The notes under the pieces were generated by a model. The model ran no database searches. It was not told the origin of the DNA and saw only the letters and a list, made by a program, of their open reading frames with translations. Below, piece after piece: positions 27,168-39,469 of a stretch of 64,000 nucleotides of DNA. The position numbers were made by a program, and so were the translations under genes. The DNA is taken from assembly GCF_009914755.1 (NCBI RefSeq), contig NC_060934.1. One strand, given 5' to 3'. This stretch comes from the human T2T-CHM13v2.0 reference genome, Homo sapiens. The first letter of the stretch is position 1, and each line of letters begins with the position of its first letter.

Positions 27168-27233
27168 CTTTCTATCCTCTCTAGGAAGGATAGAGCAGTC
27201 TCCAGGAGTATAATCCCATATCTTTTTGGGAGG
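27168..27233 (-). CDS. SORBS1: SORBS1 cassette exon PPKKIWDYTPGDCSILPREDRK, 66 nt, phase 0-0
   Basis: ccgtcag|CCT CCC ... AGA AAG|gtaatt; in ORF 27123..27341. Confidence 0.94.
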
Positions 27234-29980
27234 CTGACGGGAAGCAGAGGAGGAAATGAAGAAATGAGCATAAAGACATAAAGACAAACATGGAGACTGG
27301 CTCAAACAAGGAGGGGTACACTGGGAGAACTGTATCAACACAGAAAGGTGAACTCAAAAGCAAGGGGAGTGGGTGCTGCCTACGGACACAAGGCTGCCTG
27401 CTGGAGCGGAAGCCTGAGGATTTGGGAGCTGGGACTGTTACCTAGGAAGTCTGTTTCTATGTCTATGTTTCAAGAGCAAATCATCGTTGGATTCTAAATA
27501 TTGAAAACTTAAGAAAAGACGGGGGGGAAAAAAGAAAAAAAAAGCATTAACAAATTTGAACAAAAACAGAAACTTTTAAATTCCTCATTGTTCTCTTCAA
27601 ACTAAGATTGACACTGAAGATTCCACATTTTTGAGGCAGTCTTCTGCTGTAAAATTCATTGTGTATTAACACATGTGTGAATCTAGAGGTTTGGTCAACA
27701 GACTGAACCAAATTTACTTTCTGTGGTTTGTAGCAAAGAAATTCATATATAAAATGGGTGTTAAATAGTACACTAGACAATTTCATACCAGTAGTTTTAA
27801 AACCTCCTTTTACAGTTTAACTAGACCTTGATAGTGGTAGAAACATACTTTTCATCCCCCTTAGAGAACAGAGTTTAAACCCAGAATTTAAAGAGGGGAC
27901 TGTAAGGTTATTTTTGTTTTGTCTTTTAACTCTTCAAGTCAGATTTACAGCTGCATTCCTAAGACAGAAATTTGCCAAAAGATTGTTGTAAGTTTAATGA
28001 GGGAAGAGTCCAGCGGGTGGAACATTCAGAGGTTACAGGTGACTTCTAACTCTGGATCCTCTCTTCTACTTGTTCTGTCTATTTAGACTTGAATTTTCTT
28101 ACATAATGACCCCTAGGGTGATAAGAAATAGGAGATCATTAATAGCTCCTAAAATTTTGTGCAAATTTCATTATAGCCAACTCCATGGAAGCATTCAAAT
28201 TGGTTTACATTGTGAAATTTTGACTTGCTCTTACATATAGAAATCATGTCAATTTCTATAGAAATTAGAGGAAAACAACTCAGAAAAAAAACTGATTCCC
28301 AGGCTCTTTGTAATAAATCTGCAAATGAGAAGTAATCTGATTCCAAGGTGTGTTCACCACTGACAGCAACAGGTCAGTAATGTCATCTCTGCACATGTAT
28401 ATTCCGCATTTCATAAAGTAAGTGATATTACCAATTACCATTCATCTTTAAGCACTTAATACACTTGGACTGTTCATCTGCAGAAGTAGACTTTTTAAAG
28501 CCTAATGACTTACGATCATTTCTTTACTGCAATAAACAGGGCAGTGTTTACAAATTAAACTGGTTTTAAATAATCTGTCCAAAAATGGTCCCTGGAGTCT
28601 TGAACTATTTGCTATTCTAACAACTTGTTGGAGCTAAAAAGGTATCTTTTTAGTCAGGATCTTGCTGAAATTTCAGTTCATTTTGGGTGGCTAAAGCGAA
28701 GGGGTGGAGGAAGCAAGGAGTTCAGGGTAAATGTCTAGTGTCAAAGTTCTGGCAGGCTTTACTGGGGAAAGTGGTCCCCAGTTGGTGTGAGAAAAAAAAA
28801 AAGTAGAAATGCTGATTCCCATGATCTGGTAGGATTTTGATTCTGCTTCTGAATGGCTGAAAAGCTTTCCAAAACAGCTTCCATGGTTTATGCCACTTTT
28901 ATTTATGTCTCTTACTCTTTTGTGGCAGAGTGGTTGCAGTAGGAAGTGAAGAAAAAATTTATCCTTACCACACCTTCCTCCCAAACCCTGTTAGTTCAAC
29001 TAGGTAATAAGCCCACCATTAGGATGCCTCAGACCATAAGGAGCTGTTCATTTCAGGACTGTTCCTCAGGATATGGGCATTGATTTAGTTAATTTGGCAA
29101 GTCTTCACAAGTATTATCTTTTAAAGTAAGACCTACACAAAAAGAAGCAGTCTCATTAGAAGAACTCTGAGGCCTGTGCAAAGAATGCATGTGGCTTCAG
29201 AGAAAATGCTACTTTGAAAAAGCATCTCTGAGTCTTTAAATAATTAAGAGGTTGTTAGAGCAATGGGGTGGGGAGACAAGCTAGAGGAAAGCCCCAGTAT
29301 ACAACTGGACTGTGTTCTCAACATTTGTTTGAAGTTAGCTGTGTGGTACCTGGAGTGAAGTTTTTGGCAGCAATACTGTTAATTTATCAAGCTATGCATG
29401 GAGACTATTTAAATGTATGCTGGTATTAAAATACTATATATTATCCTCAAAAATTATTTGTAATGATAGATTTAGTAAAACAATCACAACTAATTAGGGA
29501 AAAAATTCCACCATTTTTCCTGAAAGCTAATATTTTAGATAAAACTAATTTAGTTGTTTGGCAGATGAGATGGGCAGAAATGTGTGGATTCTGAAACAGA
29601 CTTGAAAAATCAACGGCATGGACTCTATTAAACATAACTTAATAGCTTTTGCTTTCCTTGACTAAAGTATGGCATTATTGTTTCATATACCAATCATGGT
29701 CTGTTTTGGGGGTGGGGAGACAACTACACACAGCAAAAGCTTTTTTCGGTGACATAATTGACCAGGTTTTAAGAAAAGGAGAAAAGAGAAAGGGTTAGGA
29801 TACTGTTAAATACTGCACGTGGAAAAGATTGCCTGAGGTAGATTTAACTGATGTCTGAATGGTGAACAGCAGAGGCGAAAAAAAGAAAGGAGAGAAAGGA
29901 GAAGAAATGAGGTGTGCACCAATGCTTTGGGGAGGGGAGAAGGAGGGTGCAGACTTTGGGTCAGATGCGTCCCTCTCCAC

Positions 29981-29999
29981 TGGTCACTAGGTGGCGCTG
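29981..29999 (+). promoter_or_regulatory. CTCF motif TGGTCACTAGGTGGCGCTG
   Basis: close match to consensus TGGCCACCAGGGGGCGCTA with the CpG retained. Confidence 0.6.
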
Positions 30000-31156
30000 T
30001 TCATCCAGGACAGCTCAGCTGCTATCGGGAGACAGTGTCTAGGAGGGACCAGAAGAGAGGAACAAGCAGGCTGTTTGCAAGTCTGGTGCTCTTAACTCAG
30101 AAGATGCCTGAACTTTCAAAGCTCAGCACTGCCAAATCAAAGAGCAATTCCTAAGCACCAACTTAATTTCTCTTTGTCTTTGTTTTAATAAAAAATTTTA
30201 AAACATTTTATTTACTCAACTATAAAATACATTCCTGTCTGCAAATAAAACTATCATCCCAGACCACAGAAACTCAAAAGCTGGATCCAATGCATAAAGT
30301 CTCATACAATCATTGAATAAAATGTGTTTATACACTTAACTCCTCTACCTGTAAATTCTTTTTGCAGCTGTAATAATTAAGACTTTAAAATAACTAGAGT
30401 TTTAAAGTCAGTTTCGTTATCTCTAGAGGAAGGATGAGCTCAATTCTCCCTTCTATTTTATATTCCTTTGGGTGCAAGGCTAAGAAAATCCTCCTTTAAG
30501 TGCCAAAAGTCAATTTGTACCAAAGCCAATTCAGAGATATCATGGGGCAACTGTAGGCTGAATACTAAAGATGCTAGAATTCCTTACTCCCATTTCAAAC
30601 TTTGGGAAATATCCTACATCATAGAAATCATTCCCTAAAAGTCACCTATAATGGGGTTGCATTTGTGGGTCACATCTGCACAAAGAGGTCCTTGTTGGCC
30701 TGCTCTGGGACTTCATTTACATATGTGCTTTTAAAAATGCTATTTAAAGCAGAGACAATGCTGGTCTTCTCAGTGTGTAACACATTTTCAGCTTGTCTTT
30801 CACAGACCATAAAGACTTTGGTCAAGGAAGTGAAAACAATGGCTGAAATAATGCCATCCGCAAGGCATGTGGTACTTGTTGTTAGTGGGGGGAGGTCTAA
30901 GACAAGCAATGATTATTTGTGTTTCTCTGGGATATTCCAGCAAGATATACTTCCAGAGCTCACTATCCTTTCTCAGTGAAGTAAGGCAAAAGAAAGCTCA
31001 GAGGTTGTAGTGAGAAGAGACAATCCCACTACGGACAACCAACATGACTGCTCCCCACTTTCTGAATTCCTTACAAACATCTGATTCTTTAGCAGCAACA
31101 ACGCATCCACAGCATTAGTTTAAAAGGTGTATAACCACTGAAGCTATTAAACTTAC

Positions 31157-31240
31157 CGGTTTCCCAAACTCCAATTCCGAAAAGAATTTATACCAAGGTT
31201 CATTCTTTAAATCTATCTCTTCTGGGCTTATATCCCGACT
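31157..31240 (-). CDS. SORBS1: SORBS1 cassette exon SRDISPEEIDLKNEPWYKFFSELEFGKP, 84 nt, phase 0-0
   Basis: cctatag|AGT CGG ... AAA CCG|gtaagt. Confidence 0.94.
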
Positions 31241-33916
31241 CTATAGGGGTTGGTGATAGAGAAATGGAAGAAAGAGAAGGATAACATTATGCAAAGATTA
31301 CATAGGAACAGGCCAGTAGAGATGCAGTGGTTTCCAGGTATATACAGGAGCTGCATTCAACAGCAGCAATCATCTGTTTTTACTGACAACAGCAAAAACA
31401 GGAGGGAGAGGATGGGTTTATAAAAACAGGGAAATTGAGGCAGGGAACAGTAAGTGAATCATTCTCAGCCCTAAGGCAGAGGAAAATGGACTATAGATGG
31501 ACAACTCTGCACCACACTGCTGCCTACACAACAAGTCTGAATCTGGGCATAACAGCATTCTGCAATAATTTTCAGTAATGTGGAAGAAAAGAAAGCCCTT
31601 TACAAAGAACTATTAGTTATGAGCAAATGACCTGGTGAGCACACCAAACATTTAGCCATCTATGCCAGTTGAGTAGAGCTGATTTTTATGGGCTAGTACA
31701 ACTTTAGTACTTATTTGCAAAGCTGCCTTAAGGTTTTCGAAATAAACACAAATATTGACACTTTATAAAAGCCAATTGGTTAATACTGCATCTTTAATGG
31801 CACATGAGTAGGTAGGAAACCATGTCCCGTACACAGTAAAGTGAAAGTGAAAAATGATATAAGTAAAGACAGAGGACACAGTGAAAAAACATTTTAAACA
31901 AGTATCCATGGCGGATGAATACAGACAGAATATACTTCGTGTTTTAACAAATAAATGTTAAAGAATTGGGAAAAAATAAAGTGAAAGAAAAGCTAGACAA
32001 GACAGATAACAGAACAAAGGGGAAAAAAACTTCTGGGTTATATGACAAAAATAAGTTAGATTTCTCACTTTATATAACACTATGAGGTATCAATAGACTG
32101 ATAATTTGATTTCATGGGATATAATATTTAACCAAATAAGTATAAAGTTCTGGCACCTTATTTCATGGAATAACACGTGTTTCTGGAAATAACTAGTTGG
32201 AAAATGAATGTGTGCAAAGCAAATCATGTTTTCCCCTTCATAAATTGGAGAAATGTTTACATCAGGGAAAAGTGTTTGAGGTTCATGACTAATTAAGTAT
32301 GTATATATGTTTCAAAAAACATTGATAATCGCAAAAAGAGAGTTGGGGTGATTTTCTACAATAACCTGAAATATAAAATGCATACACTTTCTACTGAGAT
32401 TGAAAACACTGCACAACAAACTTCACTACTTCTGGGCTATAACACCTGAGGGAGGGGGTTGCCATGTGTGGTGTGCAGGTCTTTAATGCTAGTGCTTCAC
32501 AAAGCAGCTCTTCTTGTACTTTACTTACAACACAGTTAACATCCCCTTTGCAGCTTGTAGAAAAATGGCTGCTAACTTTCTTAGTGACCTTTACCATCCC
32601 TTTTTCTAAGATCTTTAAAAGAATCTTTAGCATTACTTTCACTTTTGCTACAGGTAGAGGACTATGGAAATATGGCAGGGAACCTTCTTTTAACTGAAAC
32701 CAAGCTAGGTTGAAATCGGAGGGAAAATCATACTGAAACACAAGGTCTGTCCTCCTGCATCCAGATAAGACTTCCTCCAAATGTCTTTAGGGACTTACGG
32801 TTTAAATCCTGAAGGAGAAGCCTTGCCCTCCCTGTAGTAAATGGATTCTATATTTATTCAATTCAGTGAAAGGAGGTACAATACCTACAAAAACACAACT
32901 ACTCAGTAGTGGCAATTTAGACATTGGGAGTTTCTAGATCCTAATATGATGGGGTTTCATGAATCTATTTCATGTTTGTTATTTTTACAAAGACTATTTA
33001 TAAACTGCCCTCTGGGAATGGTTAGGCTTTTTTTTTTTTTTTCTTAAATAAAATGTACCAGCTCTTTCGGGGAACTGCCTGAAAGTTTTGGTACTCATGA
33101 TCCTGAAGTAATTAACTTATTTTATTCCCAAAGGTTGTCTGCAGATCGTTTTACTGTGGAGGTTAATGCTGTGACAATAATAGAATCAGGAGGTTATGTC
33201 AAACAGCGATGGGTGAGAGCAACCAGCCTCAGTCCTTTGAGCTGCCCAGAGATAAAGCTAAAAAGGTGATACCACACAGCCCTCACATCTGCATTTGATT
33301 TTGCCAAGTATAACTCAGCTGTGGATCCTGTTATGGAACAGACCAATAGAAAAACATCCTTCTGGACACAGAGCAGGAACTCTGGCCTGGCAGACAGGGA
33401 AAAATTCCATAATGCCTGGCAAAGTTCTTTAGTACCACAGGCTATTCTCCCAGCTCAAAAAAAATCCTTGGAAAAGGGCAGGTAACTCACCAGAAAAATG
33501 CCAACTTCTCCTCAAAGACAGTTTTGCTTCTTGAATGGAAGCCAGAGACCAGCTTCAAATTCCAATTAAGTAAGTCGCCTGAATGTGGTATGTCTGTGTA
33601 GCACTTCATAATATTCAGTTATTGTACCCATATTATCACATTTGACCCACCCCATCTTCCAATTCCTAGTCCAGTGTTCTTTACACTATACCATATTCCC
33701 CTTTTCATATTCCACATGACAGGGGGGCAGGCCCACTAAGTTTGCGATGACACCAAGCTAAAGCAGGGCTAAATGACCATGCTGAAAAGCCAGGAAAGGA
33801 ACACAAAGTGAGGATGAACTGGGAAGAAACCAAGCTGGGGAAATCCCCTTGTTTTACACTTCTAAAATGTACACTGTGTCTGTAATCCCTCTTTTAATAT
33901 CTGTCCGTCCTACTAC

Positions 33917-33920
<4 letters not shown>

Positions 33921-33962
<42 letters not shown>

Positions 33963-33966
33963 ATAT
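33921..33966. repeat. (TG)n/(TATG)n microsatellite
   Basis: read directly from sequence. Confidence 0.9.
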
Positions 33967-34146
33967 TTAACTGAACTGAACTTCTGTAAGAGACTTAGAG
34001 GAAGGTATAAAAGAATGAGTCCTGAAAAAGGCCATTTCTGACAAAGCAAGGACTGACCAATAGATCTCCAATTCCAAGGCTAGAAGAGAAAAAAGTATCC
34101 TACTATGATAAGAGGGGACCAAGTAGAGATAAAGACCCACATACGT

Positions 34147-34589
34147 GCCAGGTTTGGTCGCTCAAGCCTGTAGTCCCAGCAGTTTGGGAGGCCAAGAGGG
34201 GCAGATTGCTTGAGCCAAGGAGTTTGAGACCAGCCTGGGCAACATGGTGAAACCCCATCTCTACAAAAAATAAAAAATTAGCTGGGCCAGGCACGGGCTC
34301 ATGGCTGTAATCCCACACTTTGGGAGGCAGAGGTGGGTGGATCATTTGAGGCCAGGAGTTCAAGACCAGCCTGGCCAACATGGTGAAACCCCATCTCTAC
34401 TAAAAATACAAAAATTAGCCGGGCATGGTGGTGCGTGCCTGTAGCCCCAGCTACTTGGGAGGCTGAGGTGAGAGGACTGCCTGAGCCTGGGAGGTCAAGG
34501 CTTCAGTGAGCCATCATCACACCACTGTACTCCAGCCTGGGTGATAGAGTGAGACCCTATCTCAACAAAAAAAAAAAAAAAAAAAAAAA
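34147..34589 (+). mobile_element. Trimeric Alu (left arm + full dimer)
   Basis: two left arms in tandem, then a right arm and poly-A; flanks aaagacc--cata. Confidence 0.88.
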
Positions 34590-36868
34590 GACCTTCATAT
34601 GAGTCTTTCAAATAGATGACTAGGTCATCAAGTTTGTAAGTCTTCTGTAGGGGGTTTTGAAGGCAGTACAGTGTTTCTTTCATCTTTCTGGAATGATTTA
34701 GAGTATGCTCCAGGGCAAGGTGAGCTCTAGGGCAACCTCTCCTGCTAACCATGCATAGATGTGCCTATGAAGTCACAATTTAAATTGCCAGAGTTAAGCA
34801 GACGTAAGTACCTCAAATGGAAAAAGCATTTTTTCTCCTAAAATGAGGTAGTGCATATCTGAGAGCAGACTTACATTCTACATCTGTCACTAGTTAGTAT
34901 ACTTACCCACAGTTAACAACGGAAGTGTGTGTTTTGGGGCGATGGGGGTGTATGCTCAAATTCTGGCAAACCAGATACTAGATACCAAAAGCCAAGACTC
35001 ACATGCTGAAACTCACACTTCACCTTTTCTGTCCATGTGATAAAAACAGCAGGAAACAAAATCAAACATAAAGGATGAATTCAACTACTGTGAAGGGCAG
35101 ACTGTCAAAAGATTAAGATTCAACTAAAACTTCTCTTTGGAGGAACAGAGCTAAACTGGGTGAAACTATTGGACATTCCTACTCCTCCTTGGCCTGCCTT
35201 TGGTGTTCATGCCCCATTAGTGGCTTGGCTTAGGGCTTGGTACTACACAGAGGAGCTTTGCAATCCATGTACGTGCTCACCACCATTCTCCAAGAAGGCC
35301 CCGTGGGGCACTATGTGTTACTTTTCAGGGTTTGTAAAAACAACGTAAATGATCCCAAGAACTGTGGTATGGAAGATCCTGGTAAACTATTGCGGTATCA
35401 ATGAGAAAAACTAAACTATGTTGTTTTTCCTAGTTCTGAGTAGTGGTTAAATGACTAAGAACCAGGGAAAGGAGCTGGAAACAAAGGAGAAATTAAGAAA
35501 AGGGAGCCTTCGGTAAGAGCCATGAAAATCTATGAATGGTAATACTGCCAAAACAAAAACACTCAAAGGTCTACAGAGTCCCTGAAATCATTTAAATGTA
35601 TTAATATGTAATGGTGGGTCCCAGTGTTGGAAATAAACCCAAGGAGCACGACTTTCTTTGCAGGAGCACCTGGGTGCAAGGTTACCTTCTATGTTTCTTA
35701 CGTACAGTATCTTCTAACAGCAGAGAACCTCCAAAGAAGGGCAGTAGTGGGGAGAAGGCGAAATTCTGTGCTCCTCTCTGAACTTTCTGCTTGAAATAAC
35801 TGGTGCATAGTGAACGCTGAAGAATGACAACTCTAAGTATTTCTGTGACCTGTTGACCTTTTTTCCTAATTAAAATGACTTATCCTTCAGTGCTTTTAGA
35901 GATGTCACATTTTTATCTCAGTAGAAGTCAAATCGATTCTTCTTTCAAAACATGTAGAGCCGATGAGGCGGAGGGAACATAATTTGAGCCTGCATTTCAG
36001 AGGCCTGCTTATTCTGTAGACATTGTGGTGACCGTATTTTAATAAAAACCAAACTCCAGCATAATAATTCCATCCTGCTGTCCTGCTGGAGGACTGCAAT
36101 GTTTATGGAGCTTTGGAGAACCCCTTAACCAGGATCACAATTCCAAAACAGCTTTTCCCAATGAAGGGTTAATAAAAGGATGCATGATTGGCAGGTATGA
36201 AACTAATCAATGTGTAAGAATTCTTCCTGTTTCACAGAAGAGGCCGCTTTTCCAGGGTGGTCTGCTATATGCATACAAACCATTTTCCCCACTCATAATT
36301 GCTTAGAGATGTAAACTTGTATAGGGAATCATAAACCAGGTCGAATATGAAATTTGTCCTCAATATTGCACTTGTCAAAAAAGGAAGACCTAAAGGATAT
36401 ATTCTAACAGCCTGGGCCTTTTTTCCAAGTCACAACATCCTATTAGTTATGTAGCTTTTAATGACATTCTAGTAACTTGTACAAAATTTATGCCTGTTCA
36501 GAGTCACTTAAAAAAAACTGGACTTCAGTCCACTTAATGACAAGCCTGATAAATGAACACTTAGACATTCAAAAAAAGACAGCAGCAAAATCAATCTTTA
36601 TGTTAGTAGAAAAATTAATATTAGTTAAAACCATGCACAAAAAAAGCAACAGAGCCACAATAAGAGGGTTTTTTAAAAGCAGACTCGCGGGACTTATTTT
36701 ATGAACACCTGCAAAAATGAAAAGGGTAAAAGTACTTCATTTTTGTCATTATCTTCAAAACAAAGTTAAGTCTATCTCAAGGGGAAAGAATGTAATCCAA
36801 CTGCACAATGCATTCTGATTAAAGAACATGGGCACGGTGAGACAAAATAACTTTAATATGCACATTAC

Positions 36869-36983
36869 CATCTTTTCGTTGGTCAGAACGGAAGACTTGC
36901 CAGGCTGATATTCGTAAATGCTCTTGGGCTCTGCACGATATTTTCTTGTGTCTACTTTCTTATCTGGGGGTTCCCAGTCATTT
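36869..36983 (-). CDS. SORBS1: SORBS1 exon [38 protein letters not shown], 115 nt, phase 2-0
   Basis: tctgcag|A AAT GAC ... AAG ATG|gtaatg; peptide in ORF 36755..37180; motif shared across the SORBS family. Confidence 0.96.
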
Positions 36984-37339
36984 CTGCAGAAAGAAAATTC
37001 TATTAGAGCTATTTTCATGACAACTGGCATTAGCTTCCGACACGGTCTGACTTTGGATGGCTGTAGTGTAATCAAAGAACTGTTATATCCAAAGCATAAC
37101 ATCGGAGTCAGGGTGAACAATTTAGTTGTGTTGGTTTGCTTCTCAAAACAACCAGTTAAAGTTTGGTGTTCGCTTCTCACAAGGCTTGAGATGTCCTGTG
37201 CTCAAAACCAGGCACCAGGAAGGGGAGTGGACAAAGCAACAGGAACAGAGGCGGCAGCAGCAAAGCTGGCTCTGGAAAAATCTTTCACCTTGCTTCGCTC
37301 TATGGGCTTTTCATTCCACAGACATGCCTGTACTTCCCA

Positions 37340-37585
37340 TTCACACTAGAGCAGTGAGAGAGAACACAGGTCCTGGAGCCAGTTGACTGTGGTTCAAATC
37401 CTGCCACACCCCTTGCTAACTAGGTGATCTTAGACAAGTATTTCACCTCTTGGTATCTCAGTTTCCTCATCTGAAAAATGGGGTTGTTGTAAGGACTAAA
37501 CAATTTACATGAGACAGCACATGTAATCACTGAGCAAAGTGCCAGGCCCATAGTAACCACACAATAAATGTCAGTTGCTACCATA
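37340..37585 (+). mobile_element. MIR (approximate boundaries)
   Basis: ggttcaaatcctg...ctcagtttcctcatctgaaaaatggg core. Confidence 0.75.
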
Positions 37586-37641
37586 ATTGCATTCTTCCCT
37601 GTTCCACACTGGAATAGGGAAGAGGTAACTGTGGGTTGAGA

Positions 37642-37912
37642 CCTTAGATTCAAGTCAGTAATTGATTTTGGTTTGATTTTTGTATATGGTGAGAGATGGG
37701 GGTCTAGCTTCACCCTTCTGCATAACCAGTTTTCCCAGCACCATTTATTGAAGGGTCTGTCTTTCTCCCAATGTATGTTCTTGGCACCTTTGTGGAAAAT
37801 AAGTTCACAATAGGTGTGTGGATTTGTTTTTGGGTTCTCTATTCTGTTCCATTGGTCTATATGTCTGTTTTTATGCTAGTACCAAGCTGTTTTGTTTACT
37901 ATAAGCTCTAGT
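37642..37912 (-). mobile_element. L1 (L1M-type) ORF2 fragment
   Basis: encodes [12 protein letters not shown]-like L1 ORF2 peptide; typical L1 antisense sequence cagcaccatttattgaa. Confidence 0.85.
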
Positions 37913-38385
37913 TTGCAAATTTTTTATTTGTGCATTACCGTACTTTGCACTGTGATTAAGTTTTTCATGCAAGGCTGTAAACTTCTTGAAGGCAGAGACA
38001 ATGATTTATATATACCTATATCCTTCCATGATATATGGTTAAATCTGCAGGGAATACACCCAGTGGGTTCTGGATGAAGGCAACTATAAAGGATTTGTGG
38101 GTATACCCAGGTTTCTTTTCAAATTAATTATCAAACTCCTCAGGTAGAGGCCACTTAAGTTCGTGTGGTGCTTTTAAAAACAGCCATTAATTTGTCTGTG
38201 AGGTTGGAAAAGGTAGAGGTGTGAAATTGGATGTGTATTTAAGGAAGAAGTAAATAATTTTGTTTGGCCAGAGCCTTTTGTGTGTTGAGAAGTGGTGTAA
38301 GTTGGGGCTAGAAGATGCATGGAACTCCTGTCCAAATAGCATGAGGAGATTGCTTCAGAGGGCATTTTTAGAGATAAGAACTCAA

Positions 38386-38617
38386 GTCAGGTGTTTGGGA
38401 CCAGCCTAGCCAACACGGCGAAACCCTGTCTCTACTAAAAAAATACAAAAATTAACCGTGAGTGGTGTGTGCACCTGCAGTCCTAGCTACTCGGGAGCCT
38501 GAGGCATGAGAACTGCTTGAACCTGGGAGGCAGAGGGTGCAGTGAGCCGAGATCACACCACTGTACTCCAGCCTGGATGACAGAGCAAAACTCCGTCTCA
38601 AAAAAAAAAAAAAAAAA
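38386..38617 (+). mobile_element. 5'-truncated Alu (AluS-like)
   Basis: TSD aactcaag; poly-A tail. Confidence 0.9.
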
Positions 38618-39168
38618 CTCAAGAAAAAGAAAACTGTTTTGTTTGCTGCAGGCATTTTAAGAGATTTATTAATGCTGTCACTAGAACAAGTCCAAGGCTT
38701 ATGTCTCAATAATACATGTTGCATGAGTAAATGGACATTAAAAAGTGTGGCTTCTTTTTAAGTTATAGTCATTGCTATGAATATGTGAACACAGTATGCA
38801 AAAAGAATATGACAACATGTGACAAATCTTGCAGTTAAGATTTCTCTTGTGAAAATGCAAAAAGTTATGATAATGATAGTCAATATTAATTAAGCCCATA
38901 CTCTTAACTTGGCTCCCATACTAGGAGCTAAGTGCTACCAGGAATGTTTACAGGTATTATCTCATTTTAACCTTGCACTATCCTTACTAGGAATCATGCT
39001 ATTTTTATCCCCATTTTACAGAGGAGGACATTGAGGCTAAGAAATAAGTCACTGCTAATAGGTGACAAGGGACAGACTCAAATTCCACATTCCTAAGAAT
39101 GGAGGCTCCTAGGTCTCAATGAACAACAAGGCCCAGGCTGAATGAATGAGAGACAAGCGGGCACTTAC

Positions 39169-39298
39169 CTTTCTGAGCTTGACTTCAGTGAGGAAGAGCG
39201 GGCTGGGAGGGGTAGTGTGGCCGACCTCTTGACTACCTTCTCACCATCAATGTAGCTCATCTCACTTTTTGAGCGAGGCACAGAAAGGGGAGATTTTG
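39169..39298 (-). CDS. SORBS1: SORBS1 exon TKSPLSVPRSKSEMSYIDGEKVVKRSATLPLPARSSSLKSSSE(R), 130 nt, phase 1-2
   Basis: ttctccag|CA AAA TCT ... GAA AG|gtaagt; follows a 123-nt intron. Confidence 0.95.
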
Positions 39299-39421
39299 CT
39301 GGAGAAAGACAGTGCAGACAAAAGACTTAAAACTCATGAAAACTGAGAACAGGGCAATTATCTTCCCTCATCCACCACTTTCCCTTCCGCCCCCACAACC
39401 AGGTTATTTGAAGTCACTTAC

Positions 39422-39469
39422 TGTCTTCAGAAAATGAGTATCTGGGAGAGTACAGATCTGAATCATCAT
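39422..39469 (-). CDS. SORBS1: SORBS1 exon DDDSDLYSPRYSFSED, 48 nt, phase 1-1
   Basis: ttcaatag|AT GAT GAT ... GAA GAC A|gtaagt. Confidence 0.94.

Noticed and set aside
34995-35030. Possible 3-nt (CAT) or 12-nt microexons between closely spaced gtgagt donors
   Set aside because: The CAT candidate has almost no pyrimidine tract, and the 12-nt form contains a TGA in phase 0; too weak to call
37420-37713. [16 protein letters not shown]...
   Set aside because: Decayed L1 ORF2 fragment running into a MIR
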